Shown here: positions 1 to 7,886 of the stretch, in pieces | How the letters are laid out: every line of letters begins with the position of its first letter | Position numbering within the stretch: position 1 is the stretch's first letter | From: an uncultured bacterium | Lineage (GTDB): Bacteria > Auribacterota > Tritonobacteria > UBA1439 | Length of the DNA: 54,029 bases | Assembly (NCBI GenBank): GCA_937858775.1 | Contig: CALLYX010000364.1 | Span: 1 to 54,029 of the forward strand | Direction of reading: 5' to 3' | The notes under the pieces: model-generated | What the model was told of the DNA's origin: nothing | The model's input: the letters and a program-made list of their open reading frames with translations, nothing else | Database searches by the model: none | Position numbers and translations under genes: made by a program

Positions 1-127
1 CAAAGATCAAGACCGCGATGAAGCGGGCGTACGGATTCAAAAGCCCCAGCTACCTCAAAACCATCGTCTACCTTGTGGCCGGCAAACTGTGCTTTGACTG
101 ATCACCCACACAAAGTGGAAGAGAACC
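1..127 (+). mobile_element. Right end of an ISL3-family insertion sequence: transposase C-terminus (1..101) plus terminal inverted repeat (~105..127). The element continues off the left edge.
   Basis: Frame-3 translation KIKTAMKRAYGFKSPSYLKTIVYLVAGKLCFD* (stop 99..101) has the KRxAYGF...GKL tail typical of DDE_Tnp_ISL3 proteins. The reverse complement of 105..127 is GGTTCTCTTCCACTTTGTGTGGG, like ISL3 GGCTCTTC-type terminal repeats. GC content drops right after 127. Confidence 0.5.
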
Positions 128-639
128 AATTGTTATGTGGCGGGTCCCATTATAGGGTGGGATTATTCCGATAGTTTCGTAAAACAAGTATCCCGTGCTT
201 GGCGCTGTCCAATGTGTCGTCGGCAGGATAAGGGTGTGTTTAAGGGGCCAGAAGGGGTGAAGTGGATATGGGAGAAGGAACTGAAGGAGATGGGCGAATG
301 GGAGAATGAACTAGAACGGAGGAGACTAGGCTTATCGAGGCCTGATTAACGTAGTCAGAGGAAGCTCAATGATATGCAGATTATGTAGACAAGACAAAAT
401 ACTGCGCGAAATGGTGATCCTCCAAGTCCAAGAACCATTAATGAAGCGCTATAATATACAGCCTACTAGCGTTCCCACATTAAAAATCTTTGCTGGCAAT
501 AGCAAAATAGAGTTTATCCCAAGCGCATTATGGATTATCGGCGCAAATGGGCGTATTGATTTATCGATAGATAAGAAACAATTTTACTATCAATGGAAAT
601 AAACAACTCCCCCCTGAAACTTATCGAGAAGTAATTGGA

Positions 640-1068
640 ATGATTTCTCGGTTTGGGGTTGGGATTGCTGAGTTTCTCATAGTTGGTATTGATCAAAATG
701 GGGCCCATATTTTTCGGGTTCATTATGAAGGCGTGCAAGGAGGGAACTGGCTAGAGTGGTGTACCAAATTGGGATTTAGAGCGATTGGGACAGGTCAAAT
801 ACATGCATCTATTACTCTTGCCACTTCAGAACAACATCGGATGGAAAATGTCGATACTACTCTTTTCAATGTTTATTGCGCCAAGAAAAATGCTGAATTG
901 GCGCCTGGAGTTGGGGTTACTGAGGATATTGGTATTATTTCATCTAATGGCATAGTGTTTATTGATGGTCTCCAATTAGCAGAATTACACAAAGAGAGAA
1001 AAGCGTTTACTATCAGAAGGCGGTTAAAAAATGAAAAGAAAAATTCTGAAGAAACAGCCATTAAGTAA
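640..1068 (+). CDS. Proteasome beta-subunit/HslV-like Ntn-hydrolase fragment; the N-terminal catalytic part is missing, so it may be a pseudogene.
   Basis: 142-aa ORF in a low-GC block. The motifs FLIVGIDQNGAHIFRV and FRAIGTGQIHASITL resemble the central strands and the GSG motif of 20S beta/HslV-type subunits. The frame is open only from 571, and there is no N-terminal Thr region. Confidence 0.35.
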   Translation: MISRFGVGIAEFLIVGIDQNGAHIFRVHYEGVQGGNWLEWCTKLGFRAIGTGQIHASITLATSEQHRMENVDTTLFNVYCAKKNAELAPGVGVTEDIGIISSNGIVFIDGLQLAELHKERKAFTIRRRLKNEKKNSEETAIK

Positions 1069-1100
1069 GGAAACCGACAAAAACCAATTTATTGCTCTAC

Positions 1101-1280
1101 TCAATAAGGCCGCTCAACCACTTCCGAAAGAAGATGCTTGAACATGTGGCTCTCGGATTCGCGCCGGTTGTACAGGTAGGAAAACTCATTAACATAAAGT
1201 TGGAGATACTTGGGGGAAACGTGGTGATAGGTGCCGGTGATTGATCGCTTGAGTTGCGACCAAGAATGTTGTGACGCTCC
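1101..1280 (-). pseudogene. IS1595-family transposase, C-terminal 59-codon fragment
   Basis: Minus-strand translation GASQHSWSQLKRSITGTYHHVSPKYLQLYVNEFSYLYNRRESESHMFKHLLSEVVERPY* matches the conserved IS1595/ISXO2-like tail (W..lKR...G.YH.VS.K.L..Y..EF.f..N.R). An in-frame TGA lies immediately upstream, and no N-terminal part is present. Confidence 0.6.
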
Positions 1281-1299
1281 TCACCAATTGCACCTGGCA

Positions 1300-1320
1300 C
1301 AGTTTTCGGGGGGCAGGTCA
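1300..1320. repeat. Solo IS3-family terminal inverted repeat, identical to the IR at 19254..19274
   Basis: CAGTTTTCGGGGGGCAGGTCA is 21/21 identical to the sequence at 19254..19274. There its reverse complement, TGACCTGCCCCCCGAAAACTG, is the outer end of an IS3-type orfA-bearing element. Confidence 0.6.
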
Positions 1321-1364
1321 ACGCTATTCGCGAATAGCGAATATGCCAAGACAATTCTCAATAT

Positions 1365-2714
1365 TTAGACACTTGCCAGCAATTTCAGAAGCCGGGCCTT
1401 GTCGCGGTTCAGCGTCTTGGGCGTCATATGATCGAGTATAGAGTCCATTTCCTCTTTCGGTGACTTCTGGCCGTTGGTGAGAAGCTTGGGCATGGCGGAC
1501 TGAAGGGCGTGGCGGAAGTCCTCGCGGCCGGGCTGGAAGTAGTGCTTGAGGACGATCTCGGCAGTCTTGTGGCCTGTGACCTTCTGGACCATCTCCATCG
1601 GGATCCCGGCGGTCAGGGCCAGGGTTACCCAGGTCACCCGGAAGCTGTGGAAATCCCGGATGCTTGCACGGCGGCCGCCTTCTTTCCTCTCGACGTGAAT
1701 CTCACCTCTAACAGTCTCGCCGTTCTCTTCTCCCGTGGCTTCTGTGATTGCATCCTTGAATCCCGCCCTCGCGAAAACCTTGCGAACGCGCCAAGTGATC
1801 CCGTCGGGGTTGGTTTTATACATCGCCGCCTGCTCCGGAAAAACGTACGTTCCGGACGGATCCCGGCGGCTTAGTTCCTCATAGAGCATAGGGAGGATGG
1901 GGAAGCTTACGGTCTGACCTGTCTTCGCCGTTTTGACTGTGATGCTGCGAATATTGAGGTCTACATCTTTCCACTTCAAGAGGCAACAGTCTCCGCGCCG
2001 CATCGCCGTGCAGATCCCCGTGATGAGGATGGGGCGGACGAATTCGTCGTCTTGGGCGGCGTCCACGATAGCTTTGAGCTCCTCGGGGCTGAATGGTTTT
2101 CTGAATATCGTTTCAGTCTCGCGTGTGACCAGTTGAGAGAAGGGATTGATGCTGCCGGCGGGCATGAGATGCTTGAAGGTGGCGCGGAGGAGCTTCAGGG
2201 TGTCGTTCCAGGTCTTCGCGGTCATTCCACGCGCAGCTTCCGCGTCCAGAAAGTCCCTGGCCGCCTGACGGGTCACGTGGGCGATCTCCTTGGCGTGGGG
2301 ATTATTTTGCTGAACGAATGCCGAGAACTTCTTCAGTATCGCGCGGGATTGATACGCATAGCGCTCGTTCAACTTCCGTCTGCGCGGGATTTTCATCCAC
2401 TCATCAGGCAGATCGTTGAGGGTCACGGACTTGAAGCGCTCGCCTGTCTTGATCTCGTAAATGCGCTCTGCGAGGTGAGCGCTGTCATTCCTCCGTTGAG
2501 CCTCCTCGATTACCTGCTTGAGCTTCTCATGTGCCTGTGCGCGGGAGCGCTCGAAGGCTCTGTCGCCTTCCTCTTTGAGGGAAAGCGAGGCGGGGGGATT
2601 GCCGGCGACTCTTACGCCGAGATTGATGGAGTAACGTTTGCCGCCGCTCGCGTACTTGGCATACCAGTTGGACCTCAGTTTCCCGTTGCGCCCTATCCGC
2701 AGCTCTATGGACAT
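1365..2714 (-). CDS. Tyrosine recombinase / phage-type integrase
   Basis: 449 aa counted from MSIELRIGRNGK, with GGGAGG 6 nt upstream. Catalytic-domain motifs are present: TAMRRGD, HSFRVTWVT, TGHKT and LKHYF (R..H-x-x-R..Y). The gene sits directly beside an att-like tRNA-half module. Confidence 0.85.
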   Translation of the reverse strand: MSIELRIGRNGKLRSNWYAKYASGGKRYSINLGVRVAGNPPASLSLKEEGDRAFERSRAQAHEKLKQVIEEAQRRNDSAHLAERIYEIKTGERFKSVTLNDLPDEWMKIPRRRKLNERYAYQSRAILKKFSAFVQQNNPHAKEIAHVTRQAARDFLDAEAARGMTAKTWNDTLKLLRATFKHLMPAGSINPFSQLVTRETETIFRKPFSPEELKAIVDAAQDDEFVRPILITGICTAMRRGDCCLLKWKDVDLNIRSITVKTAKTGQTVSFPILPMLYEELSRRDPSGTYVFPEQAAMYKTNPDGITWRVRKVFARAGFKDAITEATGEENGETVRGEIHVERKEGGRRASIRDFHSFRVTWVTLALTAGIPMEMVQKVTGHKTAEIVLKHYFQPGREDFRHALQSAMPKLLTNGQKSPKEEMDSILDHMTPKTLNRDKARLLKLLASV

Positions 2715-2751
2715 CTGTTCCCTCCCGTCGCTATTGCCTCGCGCGCTTCGG

Positions 2752-2906
2752 CTTGGAATATACTGCGGCAATCGGAATGGTTGCAAGCAAAACCCACACA
2801 TCGACCCCCACAAGCCGATTGAACATATTGAACAATCAGCGCGGCAATATGATATGTCGCAACACCGTCAGGCTTATACACTGAAGGTTGGTGCTTCAAC
2901 CCCGCC
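2752..2906 (+). repeat. att-like module copy 1, ending in a decayed tRNA-like 3' half
   Basis: About 75 percent identical by eye to 18464..18632. Shared blocks are CTTGGAATA, CCCACACATCGACCC, GAACAATCAGCGC, GCAATATGAT, CCGTCAGGCT and TGAAGGT. The tRNA-like part (2868..2906) has a weakened anticodon stem and T arm. Confidence 0.55.
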
Positions 2907-3098
2907 ATCTCTTGGAATCAAAGACAGAACCTCTACGTATCCTGGGATGGCATAACTAACTATGGGAGAGATAGATTGTGCAAGCGGTACCATAGCGGGG
3001 GGTGGATTAGTCGATACCTGCAGAAGACAACACCCCCTACGGTGGACAATACGGCAGTGGTGTGGATGCCATACCTTAACCTATGGCCGACAAAGTCG

Positions 3099-3151
3099 GC
3101 ATATAGACAAAATCCCCATCATATAGACTGATGCTCTATAATATGCATATA
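3099..3151 (+). promoter_or_regulatory. Candidate abiEi promoter with CATATAG(AC) repeats
   Basis: CATATAGAC occurs at 3099..3107 and 3119..3127 (20-nt spacing), with a third CATATAG at 3145..3151. They flank TATAAT at 3136..3141, about 50 nt upstream of the abiEi start. Confidence 0.4.
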
Positions 3152-3190
3152 GGGACAATATGTGGTACTATTTGCAAACGATAGGGAGAT

Positions 3191-4015
3191 ATGCAAATGG
3201 AGCTTAAGGCCAATAAAAGACCCGAAAACGCCAGCCTCGCCTGGTATGTGGACTCCCTCCAGGCAGAGGGCCGATATTCATTCTGCAAGGAGGAAGCGCT
3301 GGAGAAGATGCGGTTGAGTGCCGAAGCGCTCAAGAAAGCAGTAGCCCGGCTTGTGTCCAAGAACAGGATTGCGATTCCCAAGAGGGGCTACTATGTGGTC
3401 GTGCCTATAGAGTACCGTTCGGCCGGCGCTCCGCCCCCATCCTGGTTTATCGACGGACTGATGCATCATCTCAACCGCCAATATTACGTGGGGCTATTGT
3501 CTGCCGCTGCGCTTTATGGAGCAGCCCAGCAACAGCCGCAGGAGTTTCAAGTCGTAACCGACAAGCCGGAGCGTCCGATCAGGGTAGGTCGAGGCCGTAT
3601 TCGTTTCGTCGTCAAAAAGAACATCAAACAGACATTAACCACAGAGGTCAAGACTGAAACAGGCATGATGCGTGTGTCTACGCCGGAAACAACTGCCTTG
3701 GATCTTGTGCGTTATAGATCCGCAGCCGCCGGGCTTGGAAATGTCGCCGCTGTGCTTGCCGAGCTTGCCGAACGGATAGATCCACAGCGATTGGTCGAGG
3801 CTGCGCGTATCGAAGGCGAGCGTGCTTATGCGCAGCGGCTCGGATACCTCCTCAGCCATGTGGGCGCTGCAACACAGGCCCGGGCACTGGCTGCGTGGCT
3901 GGTAACCATGCGCCCGAGGCGAGTGCCACTCCGTGCGGATGGATCGATCAATGGCCATCCCACCGATCCCCAGTGGCGGGTTATCGTCAACGAAGGCATC
4001 GAGGTGGATATATGA
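3191..4015 (+). CDS. abiEi: AbiEi-family type IV toxin-antitoxin antitoxin / transcriptional regulator
   Basis: 274 aa with an N-terminal wHTH-like region. The C-terminal YYVGLLSAAALYGAAQQQPQEFQVVT...STPETTALDLVRY pattern is typical of AbiEi_4 proteins. Its stop overlaps the next start by 4 bp (ATGA). Confidence 0.8.
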   Translation: MQMELKANKRPENASLAWYVDSLQAEGRYSFCKEEALEKMRLSAEALKKAVARLVSKNRIAIPKRGYYVVVPIEYRSAGAPPPSWFIDGLMHHLNRQYYVGLLSAAALYGAAQQQPQEFQVVTDKPERPIRVGRGRIRFVVKKNIKQTLTTEVKTETGMMRVSTPETTALDLVRYRSAAAGLGNVAAVLAELAERIDPQRLVEAARIEGERAYAQRLGYLLSHVGAATQARALAAWLVTMRPRRVPLRADGSINGHPTDPQWRVIVNEGIEVDI

Positions 4016-4821
4016 TCCCAAGAGCTCAGATCACAGCCTGGCGCGTGTATGCGCCATGGTCTTTGGATGCCCAGGTAGAACAGGATCTCGTCATATCGAG
4101 AGCGCTCGTCGAATTGTTTTCCGATGCGACTATACGCGACAAGCTAGCGTTTCGCGGAGGGACAGCACTCAACAAGATAGTCCTGCCCAAGCCCGAGCGC
4201 TATTCTGACGACATTGATCTTGTCCAAGTAGAGGCCGGTCCGATGGGTCCTGTTATGACCGCAATCCGTCATCGCCTGGATCCCTGGCTCGGTGAACCCC
4301 AGTGGAAACAAGGGCATGGTCGAGTGACATTCTATTACCGCTTTAACACCGAACATGAACCCGTGGTCGTATCACGCCTCAAGGTTGAGGTCAATACGCG
4401 GGAGCACTTTTCAGTTCTCGGAATCGCCACGCGCTCATATTCAGTGGAGAGCAGTTGGTTCAGGGGTTCGGCAGAAATACCCAGCTATCATCTGGATGAA
4501 TTGCTTGGCACAAAGTTCCGAGCTCTTTACCAGCGCAAAAAGGGGCGCGACCTTTTCGATCTCTGGATTGCAGGACAGCGCACACGGTTCGATTCCCGGC
4601 GCGTGGTCGACTGCTTCATTCGCTACCTTGATCACGATGCCAGGCGCATTTCACGGGCTGAATATGAGGAGAATCTCCGCAATAAGCTCGCTGACCGTGA
4701 ATTCGCGGCTGACCTTACTCCGCTGCTCGCGAACGGTGTCGAATGGGATTGCAAGGCCGCAGGGGAGTATGTTCTTGACACACTTGTGGCACATCTTCCT
4801 GGAGATGCGTGGAAGGGATAG
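4012..4821 (+). CDS. abiEii: AbiEii/AbiGii-family nucleotidyltransferase toxin
   Basis: 269 aa from MIPRAQITAWRV. LAFRGGTALNK...YSDDIDL matches the DUF1814/AbiEii NTase motifs. It is translationally coupled to abiEi. Confidence 0.8.
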   Translation: MIPRAQITAWRVYAPWSLDAQVEQDLVISRALVELFSDATIRDKLAFRGGTALNKIVLPKPERYSDDIDLVQVEAGPMGPVMTAIRHRLDPWLGEPQWKQGHGRVTFYYRFNTEHEPVVVSRLKVEVNTREHFSVLGIATRSYSVESSWFRGSAEIPSYHLDELLGTKFRALYQRKKGRDLFDLWIAGQRTRFDSRRVVDCFIRYLDHDARRISRAEYEENLRNKLADREFAADLTPLLANGVEWDCKAAGEYVLDTLVAHLPGDAWKG

Positions 4822-4999
4822 GAATATATTACGACGATGATGCTAGTTTTCAGCATTTGCTGAAAAGAAAAGGTTAATGGTTTACACTTTGTGCGCGGAA
4901 AGGGCATTTTATCCCCTGTAGAGACGCAGGACCGCTACAAAACCCATGCCCGATACGCCATTCCGATAACCTCCCTCTCCCATATTGTGCTCCATCAGA

Positions 5000-5039
5000 A
5001 GTACAAGGACTTGTACGATATCGTACAAGTCCTTGTACT
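5000..5039. repeat. 40-bp perfect palindrome built from four GTACAAG/CTTGTAC heptamers
   Basis: AGTACAAGGACTTGTACGATATCGTACAAGTCCTTGTACT is its own reverse complement. Each arm is itself a 16-bp palindrome (GTACAAG-NN-CTTGTAC). Confidence 0.9.
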
Positions 5040-5513
5040 GAATCATACAAACTGATTCCTGCTGCAAAGGAGGTTCAAGCACTTTCAGCAATCGCTGAAA
5101 GCCGCCACATTAGTGAAAATCCACTCCTATTTTCCCGCGTTTCCCCGATAGATGGACATGTCCCAACACTGCAGATGCTTTGTTGCGCCTTGCCTTATCC
5201 ACCGGGATGAACTGCTACATCGCCGATCTGGTGAACACCCTCGATGTCGTGGGTATCCCAACGGTTAGCCGGATTTCCCGCCAGTGGTCATCAAATAACA
5301 GCGCTTCTAGGCGAAGGGTATCACATCTGCATCGCTCAATGCGGCGCATCCCGCAGATTCATGGAATTCCGATGGAACTAACAAAGCCCGTCTATTGACA
5401 GAATCTGCACAGATGCCGTCATCGCTATCCAGTCATGCCCGGGACACCACCGCTCTGTTGACAGCCCTGAGAAGCGGGGCGTATGCTTCTCAACGGAAAG
5501 GGGATCATGGCAT

Positions 5514-6491
5514 ATGAGCAAGCTCCATGACCATGGCGTCGATGAACTGTTTTCCGACCCGCAGTTGTTTCGGGCGCTGATCAATCAGGCCAACTGCCAT
5601 CTCTCGATCATCGATTTCAGGAGCGGCCGCTATCTGTACGTCAACGAGATGACATGCCGATCAACCGGCTACACTCCGAGGGAATTCCTGGCCATGACCG
5701 TGGCGGACATCGATCCGACGGTCAATCGGAAGTGGGACGCGGCGAAGGAGAGGCTGCGGCGGAAGAAGGTCAAAGTATTCATAGGGGAGGGGATGATCAG
5801 GCGGAAGGACGGGAGCTGTTTCCCCGTGGAGGTGCACTCCTCCGTCATCCGGGTCGGCGCCAGGGACTACCTGGTGGCGACCGCCTGCGACATCACCGAG
5901 CGGAAGAAAGTGTTGGAAGCACTGCATGCGGCGAGAGAACAACTGGAGCAGGCCGTGAAGGAAAGGACGGCGGAACTCGAGACGGTCAACGAGGCGTTGA
6001 AGGAGGAGATAGCCATCCGGGCCCGCGTGGAGAAGGTGCTGAAGAGATCACAGGCGCAGCTGCAGAAACAGAAGGGATATCTCGAACGCAAGAGCGTGGC
6101 GATGGGCGAGATGCTCAGGCAGATCGAGTGGGAGAAGCGCAGGATCCGGACGAACATCGCCTCGAACGCGAAGCAGGTGCTTCTCCCGTTGCTCGACAGG
6201 ATGCGCTCAGTCGGCGGTTCGGGGAAGGAGATCGCCCTCCTCAAGGAGCGCGTGAAGGATCTCACGGCAGAGTACGGACCCGTTGCGGCGGGAGAGAAGA
6301 CCCGGCTCACGCCGCGCGAGATGGAGATCGCGGACATGCTGCGGAGCGGTCTCGGGAACAAGGAGATCGCGGATCTGCTGAACATCACCCTCCGATCGAC
6401 GGAATGGCACCGGTACAACATCCGCAAGAAGCTGCATCTGAAGGGGAAGCGCAACAATCTGCGCGCCCTCCTGATGCGCGGAGATGCTTGA
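5514..6491 (+). CDS. PAS-domain / coiled-coil / LuxR(GerE)-type HTH transcriptional regulator
   Basis: 325 aa. The N-terminal PAS-like region runs NCHLSIIDFRSGRYLYVNEM...FPVEVHSSVI...ATACDITERK. A long charged coiled coil follows. The C-terminal TPREMEIADMLRSGLGNKEIADLLNITLRSTEWHRYNIRKKL is a GerE/LuxR HTH. Confidence 0.8.
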   Translation: MSKLHDHGVDELFSDPQLFRALINQANCHLSIIDFRSGRYLYVNEMTCRSTGYTPREFLAMTVADIDPTVNRKWDAAKERLRRKKVKVFIGEGMIRRKDGSCFPVEVHSSVIRVGARDYLVATACDITERKKVLEALHAAREQLEQAVKERTAELETVNEALKEEIAIRARVEKVLKRSQAQLQKQKGYLERKSVAMGEMLRQIEWEKRRIRTNIASNAKQVLLPLLDRMRSVGGSGKEIALLKERVKDLTAEYGPVAAGEKTRLTPREMEIADMLRSGLGNKEIADLLNITLRSTEWHRYNIRKKLHLKGKRNNLRALLMRGDA

Positions 6492-6504
6492 AATCCCTCC
6501 TCAT

Positions 6505-6547
6505 TACTGGCAAATAATACTGGTGAAAATCCAGTATAATACCAGTA
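6505..6547. promoter_or_regulatory. Nested TACTGG/CCAGTA repeat cluster overlapping a TATAAT; candidate operator/promoter of the PLD-RHS locus
   Basis: TACTGG occurs at 6505 and 6518, and CCAGTA at 6531 and 6542, in a two-forward, two-reverse arrangement with 13/13/11-nt spacing. TATAAT lies at 6535..6540. The cluster starts 14 nt downstream of the LuxR-type gene. Confidence 0.4.
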
Positions 6548-6806
6548 TTGACATCCTTCCCCGGTTGAGAGACCCTATTGCCGCAGTTCCAGGCGCACTT
6601 CCTCTCTGCATGTGCCATGGTGCCGCGCATGCAGGGAGATCGGTCGAGGGGATGGGCAGCATGCACAGAGCATGTGTCCCTGTCGAAGCCCCGCACAGAC
6701 GCCCTCCGCGCAATCATCCTCCGGATTCAATCGATAACATCAATCTTCATGCCGAACTCTCCTCGGCAGATATCCACCCCCGCATCCGTTCATGGGAGGC
6801 ATGACC

Positions 6807-7886
6807 ATGCTCTCTTCCGATCGACTCTCCAGAAGGCTGGCCAGTCATCTCCTGGCGTGCATCTTCGTCGCAGGATGCCTTGTCCAATGGATGTTGCCCA
6901 TTCCAGCCTTCAGCCAGGCATTTCACACATATTTCAACAATCCTGATGACCAGAATCACGAATACGATATCCAGGACGCGTTCCTCGATGAGATTGGGAG
7001 CGCGACCTCGACCGTCGATCTCACGATCTACAACATCAATTCCGGGACCATCAGCGACGCCCTGCTGGACTGGCACGACGGCAGCACAAAGACGCTCCGC
7101 ATGGCGTCCGATGTCCAACCGGGGGAGACGAACCACACGACCTATATCGCGCCACTGGTGAACGATGGTGCAGCGATCGAGTACGACACGCCGGAATCGT
7201 ACTCGATGCACGACAAGTTCGCGGTCATCGGCGGATCAAGGGTGTGGACGGGCTCGTGGAACCTTACGGCGGAGGCGAGCACCTCCCAGTGGAACAACGC
7301 CATCGTCATCGACGACTACTGGCTGCGGCAGGCGTACGAGAGCGAGTTCTCCCAGATGCTGGGCGTGCCGGGGACGCTCTACGACGGGTCGTTCCACCAG
7401 AACAAGTCGCAGGTCGCAGGGACATTCGCGCTTGGCGGGGGCACGGCGGACGACCTCTACCGGATGAGCCCGCAGAACGACACCGGGGACACCACCGAGG
7501 ACCTGATAGTGGCCGAGATCGACGCGACGATCCCCGGGGACACGATCCACTTTGCCATATTCACATTCACGAGCGAAGCCATCTCCGAGGCCCTACGGAA
7601 TGCGGCGGCAAGCGGCGTCACGGTGCGCGGCATCTTCGACAAGGCCCAGGCCGACGGGGGCGCATCGACCGACGTTTACGACGATCTGCAGGAGGCGGGA
7701 TGCGATGTGTTCTGGCTCTCGACGGATCCCGGCCAGACGGGTTCCCCATACATCCATCACAAGTACATGGTGATCAACCCGCTGGGGACGGATCCGGTGG
7801 TGGTCACCGGCTCTGCCAATTTCACCGCCGCCGCAATGGTGAACAAGACGGGCGGGAACGACGAGAACACGCTCATCCTGTCATAG
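6807..7886 (+). CDS. Secreted phospholipase D-family (two-HKD) enzyme; its C-terminus looks truncated
   Basis: The ORF is open from 6792. ATG 6807 lies 7 nt after GGAGG and yields a signal-peptide-like LASHLLACIFVAGCLVQWMLPIPAFSQA. HKD motifs are SMHDKFAVIGGSRVWTGSWN and IHHKYMVIN...VVTGSANFT..NDEN. The ORF stops right after NDENTLILS, without the usual ~25-aa tail. Confidence 0.75.
   Translation: MLSSDRLSRRLASHLLACIFVAGCLVQWMLPIPAFSQAFHTYFNNPDDQNHEYDIQDAFLDEIGSATSTVDLTIYNINSGTISDALLDWHDGSTKTLRMASDVQPGETNHTTYIAPLVNDGAAIEYDTPESYSMHDKFAVIGGSRVWTGSWNLTAEASTSQWNNAIVIDDYWLRQAYESEFSQMLGVPGTLYDGSFHQNKSQVAGTFALGGGTADDLYRMSPQNDTGDTTEDLIVAEIDATIPGDTIHFAIFTFTSEAISEALRNAAASGVTVRGIFDKAQADGGASTDVYDDLQEAGCDVFWLSTDPGQTGSPYIHHKYMVINPLGTDPVVVTGSANFTAAAMVNKTGGNDENTLILS

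Noticed and set aside
137-602. Two small ORFs (70 and 77 aa) in the low-GC insert as real genes
   Set aside because: They have plausible Cys pairs (CPMC, CRLC) but no recognisable family, no clear RBS, and one has a GTG start. They are mentioned in a finding but not called as features.
4909-5091. 60-aa minus-strand ORF across the 40-bp palindrome (possible 45-aa version from an internal ATG with AGGAA upstream)
   Set aside because: Its sequence is largely dictated by the palindrome (QYKDLYDIVQVLVL). It has no motif, and conservation cannot be assessed. It is kept only as a remote possibility.
5654-6517. 287-aa and 196-aa ORFs overlapping the PAS-LuxR gene
   Set aside because: Their composition is Arg/Gly/Glu-rich or Ser/Arg-rich, and they lack motifs. 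The called frame has PAS and GerE signatures.
7244-7870. 5' part of the 1298-aa ORF that overlaps PLD1 in another frame
   Set aside because: The translation (GGGEHLPVEQRHRHRRLLAAAG...) is low-complexity Arg/Gly/His junk, and PLD1 in the other frame has clear HKD motifs. Only the part after about 7871 looks like real protein.
7851-7886. Programmed -1 ribosomal frameshift joining PLD1 to PLD2
   Set aside because: The frame offset is -1, but there is no X-XXY-YYZ slippery heptamer in the last 12 codons (GGC GGG AAC GAC GAG AAC ACG CTC ATC CTG TCA TAG). A fusion would also bury a signal-peptide-like segment mid-protein.
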